Translations under genes and position numbers: made by a program
The notes under the pieces: generated by a model
Databases searched by the model: none
What the model was told of the DNA's origin: nothing
Seen by the model: only the letters and a program-made list of their open reading frames with translations
NCBI GenBank assembly: GCA_004431415.1
Contig: QPMI01000445.1
Location: forward strand, 186,001-250,000
DNA length: 64,000 bases
Reading direction: 5' to 3'
DNA from: Cyanophora paradoxa CCMP329
Lineage: Eukaryota; Plantae; Glaucophyta
In this document: positions 58,601 to 64,000 of the stretch, piece by piece
Layout of the letters: the number at the start of each line of letters is the position of its first letter
Numbering within the stretch: position 1 is the first letter of the stretch

Positions 58601-61600
58601 GAACGTCGCGGCCTCCGGAAGCGGCGTGAGCTTCTACGCCTATCCGACGCGGGCCGGCATCCGCCCTATCTTCGCCCCCTTCATATCTGGAGGTGGGCCC
58701 TCGGTCTCGGCGTCGGTCACAGGTGAGCGCCCTCAGTATATATATATATGCATCATACCAGCGCCTGTGCCGCGCTCGATCGACCTTGCTAGGTGTGAAC
58801 AACCTGCGGTGCACCCCTCCTCGAGCCCCGCCCGGACAAGTCCTGCAATGCTCGGCTGACAAGGGCAACGGTCCGAATCTGAATCGCGTGCACGTGCACG
58901 TGACCGAATTCTGAAACCGAACTTGTCGCTTTTGTCTCAGGGTTGCCGGATCTCGATCCATCCGTCTTCTCCGCTTACGCTTCGACCGGAACTATTTCGT
59001 CGCCCGTTGCGGCTGCTGCAAGCGGTGGAGGGATCACCTTCTCGTACACGACGGCGTTTGGAGGGGCGTCCGGCCCCGAGGTCGGAATCAGGTACTTGCA
59101 GCCAGGCACACCCCAGGACAACGCAAAGGCTGCAAAACTATTCGTCGGCGTGGTGCGTACGAAACCGTTGTCTACGCATGCTTTACATTTCGACTCACGG
59201 CCGAGCGGCATCGCGCGCCTCTTGTCATGGTCAGGTCTCGGCTACCATGTCATGCACATGCAATCAAGCAGGACTAAGCCCATCGGAGTGCCGCATCCGC
59301 ATGAAGAACTCCTTCAATTGCACCGGTGCTGCTTGTAATGTCCCGCATCTCGTGACCACTCTGCGCTTACACTCTCGTCGCAGTTACAAAGGGCGCGAGC
59401 TCTGCCGACCTCATCCCGTCCGACATAACCCTCGGCTCCCTGATTATGGAAGATGGAACGGCGTACAACGTCCGCATCCCGGTGCCCTCTCCTTTGCTTT
59501 TCCTATTTCAGCGACACAGGGATTGATTTCTGATTGCGCGCGTCGCGCTCGTAGCGCATCGCGAAACGCTCACCTGTATCGAGCGTGAACAATGGAAACC
59601 TGCAGTTCTCCGCGCTGGCAGAGGATTTTGCCATCTACAATGGCAAGGCGGTCAACTTCACCGTCTCCCTGCTCGGCGCTCCGCTCGCCAACTCTCCCCT
59701 TCGCGTCACCGTCCTTGGCGGTGCGTGTCATGATCACGACTTTGTTCGCTTCCAAAGCCCTCTTTCTGATGTTATGATCCGCTGTTTTCTCCAGATGTTC
59801 TGCTGGATTGCCCGCCGAAGATCCCGACCGGGAGCCCGGGCATCTTCTGCCAGGTTTTGACGGACGGGTCGAGACTGCTGCCCACGGACGTCGTGTTGAC
59901 CGGCCCAAGCTCTTCCCGCCGCTCCCTGCTGCAGCTGGGCCTGACGATTGGCTCTCTCGCCAACGACGGGCCTACCAACTTGCGCTTCTCGGTCGTGTCG
60001 CAAGCAACGCCGGCGGCCCGTTGGGTGCTATTCCGCATGCGTTTCGCGTCCAGCGCACTCTCCCCAGGTGCTGGAGAGTTCCCCGTCCTTTCCTCTCCCA
60101 CGAATACGTCAATCATCGGTCCGCTCGCGCGTCGAATTTCGGTTCTAGTTGTCAGTATTTGCAAGCTAAAAACCCGCCCGGCCCCGCAGCGGCTTCGGTA
60201 ACGTGCGACAGAAGTTCCCTGCTGGTGCCATTTCCTGCTCGTCCAGCTGCAAGCGCAGCCTTGCGCGCATAGCTTAGTTTTCTTTTCTTCGCCAGGCTCG
60301 GACGCGCTTGGTGTGCAATGTCACCGGCTCGACGGCGGGAGGATCCCTGGACAGGGCGGACTTCTGGTATTATCTTTTCTCCACAAAGGCTGAGTTTATT
60401 CCTGTCTCCAACTTACGGCAACATACCCAGGTTCTCTGATGCGCAAGGCACTCGCTACGAGGAGTACCTTGTCGAGCGTGTGTCCGATCATCTGGTGAAC
60501 ATGAGCAGTTGGAGTCTCAGAATTCTGTCGTTTTAGTATCTTGACGCGATTAATTATAACATTCAAAATATTCCCTTCGCTTTTTCCCGCCCAGATTACC
60601 TACACTATATTCGGTCCAAGGAACGGGTCAACGAACGCGCAACTGAATGTGCACTACACCATCACGCGGGGAAAATATGCGGCAAATTCAAACCCGATGC
60701 ATGTTACCAACTCACCGCGGACCCTCATTGTTGTTTCGGCCCGCCTCGTGTGCGACAAGACTCGCGTCTACGTCGGTGCGTGCACGTTAAGTTTTCTCTC
60801 GAGCTCAAGCTCGCGTCTGCCACTTACGATTCCGGATTCCACCTTCCGTGTGCAGCTGATAACGTGACATGCTGGATTGAGCCAGGTGCCCGCCTCGAAT
60901 ACTTTGCAGGTTTGCGGAAGAATGACATCTTTGGCGCAGACGCCGGCGCTCCTACGCTGCAGCTTTCGTGGTTCACCGGGACGTACTACTCTAGCATCCT
61001 GGTAAAATTAGAACTATACTCGTTATGTTGTTGACGATAATACTTCGCTGACGGCGGAGCACGTCGCAGCGATCTTTTGGGGACACGAACTGCCGTGGTC
61101 CGAACACTTTGGGCGACGGTGTCTTCTATCTGGGGCGCGGTTGCGCAGGCGGAGCGACGACGAACGAAGGTTCGACTTCTTATATTACGATTGCGTGCCT
61201 TGCAAGGTGCATAGGAAACGTCTAATCGAGAGTCTATGAGTGCAGGCGCAAGCCCTCGACGCAATTTTACGTCCATCGTATCGGGAAAAACAAACAGCGT
61301 GACCGTCACGCTGGGAGTTCCGAAGAAAATCGCCGTCACTGTTATTGCCGTCGGGTGGACTGCCGCCGTCGCCGGCCCTGATGTGGACACGGTATGCAAG
61401 TGAATGAAATCACACACAATACGTTACTAACGGAGGCTCAACGTCGCTTCAGATCTGGGCGCAGCCTCTGACATTCAATATCTCATTGCTTTACGGTGAG
61501 CGAGACAGGCATCGCAATGTCCTGCAACGCCGCTGAACTCACGAGCGCGCCTGCCCTTCGTGAACAGCCCACGGGGTGAACTTTGAGTGCACGCCGGAGG

Positions 61601-64000
61601 TGAGGACGCCACCATCCTGAGATTTGTAGTTTGCAGCTGCATGGTGGCTGAAGGTCCCCGTTTGACAGCCGAGACCGAAATTCAATCGACCGGAGACGGA
61701 TGTGCACCGTAGGCGCAATTGGTTGAACTCTATTTATAACCACACGTGCGTCCTGCGGCAAGATACCACCGGAGCCGGGCTCCAGAAGGGGAGCGGCGGC
61801 CTGCTTTCAGAGAGCGTCTCGAGTTTTGTTATGAACGACTTCAACTGGACAGCTCCTCAGCGCTGCGTGCCGGATGGCGCGACAGGATCTACATGGTGGA
61901 ACCCCCCACCAGCTGGTATGCTGGTGCTGCCGAACGCAACCGATGCAGCAAGCTCACGGTCGCCCCCCACGGTCTGGGCTTTTTCGCAATTGCGCTGCAT
62001 TAATATTGAAGTTTGCCGGCAGTGCTCTGATGTTTGGTTGCCTGCGCAGTTCCTTATACGGCCTCTTGTCATGGGGGTTTACGCGTTCTGTATTCGACCT
62101 AAAACGTCCTTGTACCCAGCCTCTGCGGGTCACAGTTTGTGGTTCTCCAACACGTACACCATCTACGACGCTTTCCCTTCTAGATCACCCCCCTCACCAT
62201 CCACCACCCCCTGCTACAATGGAACCTGGGATCTTGTGACGGGCTACGGAAGAGGAGTGCGCAGGCGCTCCGCATCCTCAATCGGGCTCTGCGCATGTCT
62301 AACCGTACACGGCCCCCAGGAGTGCCGCATGAACCGGGTGGCTTGGACCCCGCCAGAAAACACACCGAACTTCCAGCTCGCTGAGAGAGACTTCGATTGG
62401 ATCGGAGGGGACAGGGGGACCACCGAATTCGAAATACCGACCGGCGACAGCTGGCGTGATAACCCCAGTTTCCAGATGGTGCGTTTACCCTTGCTTCATC
62501 CTGGCATTGATCCTTCAATTCCAACGTATACCATACGCTTTCTGAGACGGACTCGTGCAGATCGCTGCGCGAGGAACGTGGAGATACGACAAAATCACGG
62601 TATGCTCCTCGCTCGCGACGCTTCTCCAAGTTGTGGATATTTATATTATGTTATTCGTCTGGCGACCGCAGGTTGGGTTTCCTGGACCCTTTGGAACGTC
62701 TCTCGGAAAGGTTCTCTGGTAATTACAAGCCCATCACTTCAAGAAGTGCTGGTAGCTCTCGCAAAAATAATATGATCCATTTGTAGGGACGGGTGGGCGG
62801 TTAACAGCGTGCTGGAGTACCGAACGTTTTGCTTTTTATTAGACTTGACCACGGGGACGCTGAAACCCGTAGTCTACAACTCGGTGGCCAAGCCTTTCCG
62901 CATTGGCGGTGCGGCACGAATTAAATTATTAATCAGAGTGTCTTTCGATGAACGCTTCTTTGATGTGCGACTGCCGCGCAGCTGGAGCGAAGCTTTCGTG
63001 CTACCTGGAGGCGCAAAACGAGTCGCCGATTCTGCCCCGCGGCCAGATCATCGGCCCCATCAAAGCAAACGCAACGATATTTGAGGGAACGTTCACAAAT
63101 CTGGCGGTGAACTCGACGGACGTGATGCGCTCCCCCCGGACGCGCCGTGCCGCAGCATGGCGGGGCAGACGCTCCCCATCAATGTCACCAGATGCGAGGA
63201 ATTCGACCTCTTGTACGTCGATCCTATAGGTACAAGGTACAAGAGGGTCGATTGTGCGAACTCGGTCATCACCGCGACAGCGGCGTACAGCTGCTTCAAT
63301 TCCACTACCTACTACAAAAATTCAACACTAGCCGCTTTGAAACTACCCGAGCCTGTTGAAACAAGCCCCCTGACTTGCGAGAATAACACGAGAGCGTTCT
63401 GCTGTTCGTCCTACCAGACACCATCTGGATGCTTCCCGCGATTCAGTTTTGAGTGCGTTGTATACAGTGTACTGTACATGTTGCTCGATTTCCAAACTCA
63501 TTTTTTTCATCGCGCGTTGCAACGGAGCAGATACCAGAGTCTTGCGAATCCGACAAGGGGAGAGAACGTTATTCGCATCGTGTTCAACAGCACATACGCA
63601 CCATATAGCGATGGGTTCCAGGTGCGTTCTTCAACACATACAATGCACCCTCCATTTGATTGATGCATCCCGCTGCAGACTGATGCTGGAAAAGACGTGA
63701 GCCCCCGTTGCGATTCATTTCTCTGTCCCAACTTAAACCCGCCCGTTACATCATTAGGTGACGTTCAACATTGTGGCGGCTCAGTCGTGGGGGTGCTATC
63801 CGCAAGTTCTGGCTGCGTGAGCGCCTTTGAATTCGCAAAATCCTCGAGCTCTAGATCTTTGTACAGGATCGTCGATCACGAAGTTACACATAATCAACTT
63901 GCGCAGGCGCAGCAACTTTTATGCAGCGTGCTGGGTGCGCACTTTTGAATCAGAGTGTGATCAAGCGCTTGCGCATGGTCATGAAAATTACTCATACACA
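52687..64000 (+). CDS. Large multi-exon secreted/cell-surface protein with Ig/filamin-like repeats and Cys-rich segments; incomplete at the window end
   Basis: Signal-like MHRRFVAVLLLVCVLQGIPAGRCQ (ATG at 52819, alternative ATG at 52687) followed by a GT donor. Dozens of short GT-AG-bounded, beta-rich exons with N-glycosylation sequons. Filamin-like ends AVQGSPLSFDI, PLANSPLRVTV and HVTNSPRTLIV; SRRSLLQ at ~59915. Confidence 0.6.

Noticed and set aside
1-64000. tRNA, rRNA or snRNA genes; alternative genetic code
   Set aside because: None were recognisable by eye, and the traced genes translate normally with the standard code once introns are removed.

Overview
This is eukaryotic nuclear DNA with many short spliceosomal introns, so the ORF track is mostly misleading. 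The host is probably a plastid-bearing alga; a glaucophyte such as Cyanophora is my inference from a cyanobacterial-type U32 gene with a transit-peptide-like leader. Layout: (1) 1-~1330, the 3' part of a tyrosine-recombinase (DIRS/Ngaro/Crypton-type) mobile element. (2) ~1450-27259, minus strand, what reconstructs as one giant single-pass receptor gene: signal peptide, PKD/REJ-like modules, a GAIN domain whose GPS autoproteolysis motif (FCDHL/TTF) is spliced together from 26-, 10- and 12-nt micro-exons, one TM helix, then a predicted cytoplasmic tail of ~43 tandem FN3 domains encoded by a homogenised higher-order repeat. (3) ~27400-31650 and ~47700-52300, gene-free spacers packed with Tc1/pogo-type and hAT-type MITEs, putative excision footprints and self-templated palindromic mosaics. 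(4) ~32800-47600, a very GC-rich island of three head-to-head gene pairs: F-box / CCCH-F-box-LRR; MPG / PWWP-2xHARE-HTH; USP / U32 (RlhA-like). GC-AG introns are very common here (7 of 14 in the U32 gene), and there is an inverted duplicate of the last U32 exon. (5) ~52700 to the window end, a large multi-exon secreted or surface protein gene. The best candidate for a new system is the REJ-GAIN/GPS-1TM receptor with a titin-like intracellular FN3 array. Exon structures were inferred by eye, and no database searches were run.
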